A stretch of 64,000 nucleotides of DNA, taken from NCBI RefSeq assembly GCF_009834535.1, contig NC_045696.1, forward strand, positions 99,140,001-99,204,000, written 5' to 3'. The DNA comes from Camelus ferus. Taxonomy: Eukaryota. This document shows positions 63,240-64,000 of this stretch, piece by piece (within the stretch, counting starts at the first letter, position 1; every line of letters begins with the position of its first letter). Under the pieces are notes generated by a model. The model ran no database searches. It saw nothing but the letters and a program-made list of their open reading frames with translations, and was not told the origin of the DNA. Position numbers and translations under genes: made by a program.

Positions 63240-64000
63240 GCTAATAGTATTCAGAAAAATCCTTTTTAATTTTTCCATATTTGATCACCTCATATTTCCC
63301 AAGTAGGATAGCCTGAAGTATATGAGTACAGTTCCCAGAAATTCTCTTACTAAAAAATACAACAGCCAGTCTTACAGCCCACTGGCAAAATGCACAGTGA
63401 AAGGCCCAGCCCAGTGACTACTGCCCACCCTGCTTCTTTCAACAAGCCGGGAACATCATTGGGTGTGAGATTGTTAGCAAATCTTCATTAATTACAAGCC
63501 TCACAAACAGCTGTGCAATGTGGGAGGTTGGGCAGAGACAGCTCTTGTCTTCATAAGAGAGAGTTTGGAACTAAAATGTGTTTCTAGCTAGAAAGCATTC
63601 CAAAATAGGATGAGCTGTTTTGAGAGTAGAAAGAATAACATCAGAAAGCAAGGATCTTCATTCCAGAGGTTCGTACCCAAACAACAACCAGAAAAGGAAA
63701 TTTCACTCTTTAGCACAAAGGAAATAGCAAGCTATAGTTGGTTTTATAAACAAATTATGGAAATTTCCATGTTTTGAAAAAAATATACACTGGCAAAAGT
63801 ATCTATGGCCTGAAAAGGTCTCTTTTATGTGGCAGAGAGAACTGTGTTTGCCTGTTTAGTGTTGGTCTGAATCCAAGGAAGAGAGTTATCAAAGACCAGT
63901 TTAGGGGACTTTATTTCTTACAGGTTTCCATTATGAAATCCCCACTACAGCCAGGCTTTTGTCCCCAAATAGACTATTCGAAATACTTTGACCTCTCCTA

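Overview
AT-rich mammalian non-coding DNA, very probably from a camelid (camel, alpaca or llama). The evidence is four copies of a tRNA-derived SINE matching the camelid vic-1 type (GGGGAGGGTATAGCTCAGTGGTAGAG...) and cetartiodactyl/camelid-type L1 3' UTRs. I recognise no protein-coding exon, RNA gene or processed pseudogene. The supplied ORFs are chance ORFs, simple-repeat translations or LINE-1 ORF2 remnants. The window reads as a large intron or gene desert. It holds ancient repeats (L2, MIR, old L1M, MER2/MER5/MER20/MER81/MER102, MaLR/ERVL LTRs) and younger L1 3' ends and SINEs, several with clear target-site duplications (TSDs). Between these lie repeat-free islands rich in homeodomain, TCF, nuclear-receptor and RFX-like motifs. 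They look like conserved non-coding enhancers, but conservation cannot be shown without an alignment. I find no evidence of a new multi-gene system. The best leads are: (1) an old ~260-bp local duplication (33644/38915) whose unique half is better preserved than its MIR-like half and keeps an ARE motif in both copies; (2) independent L1 3'-UTR insertions that start at the same 5' nucleotide, and one apparently chimeric L1 tail; (3) the candidate enhancer islands; (4) several perfect palindromes and a perfect 42-bp tandem duplication. Repeat family names come from remembered consensus sequences and boundaries are approximate unless a TSD is given.
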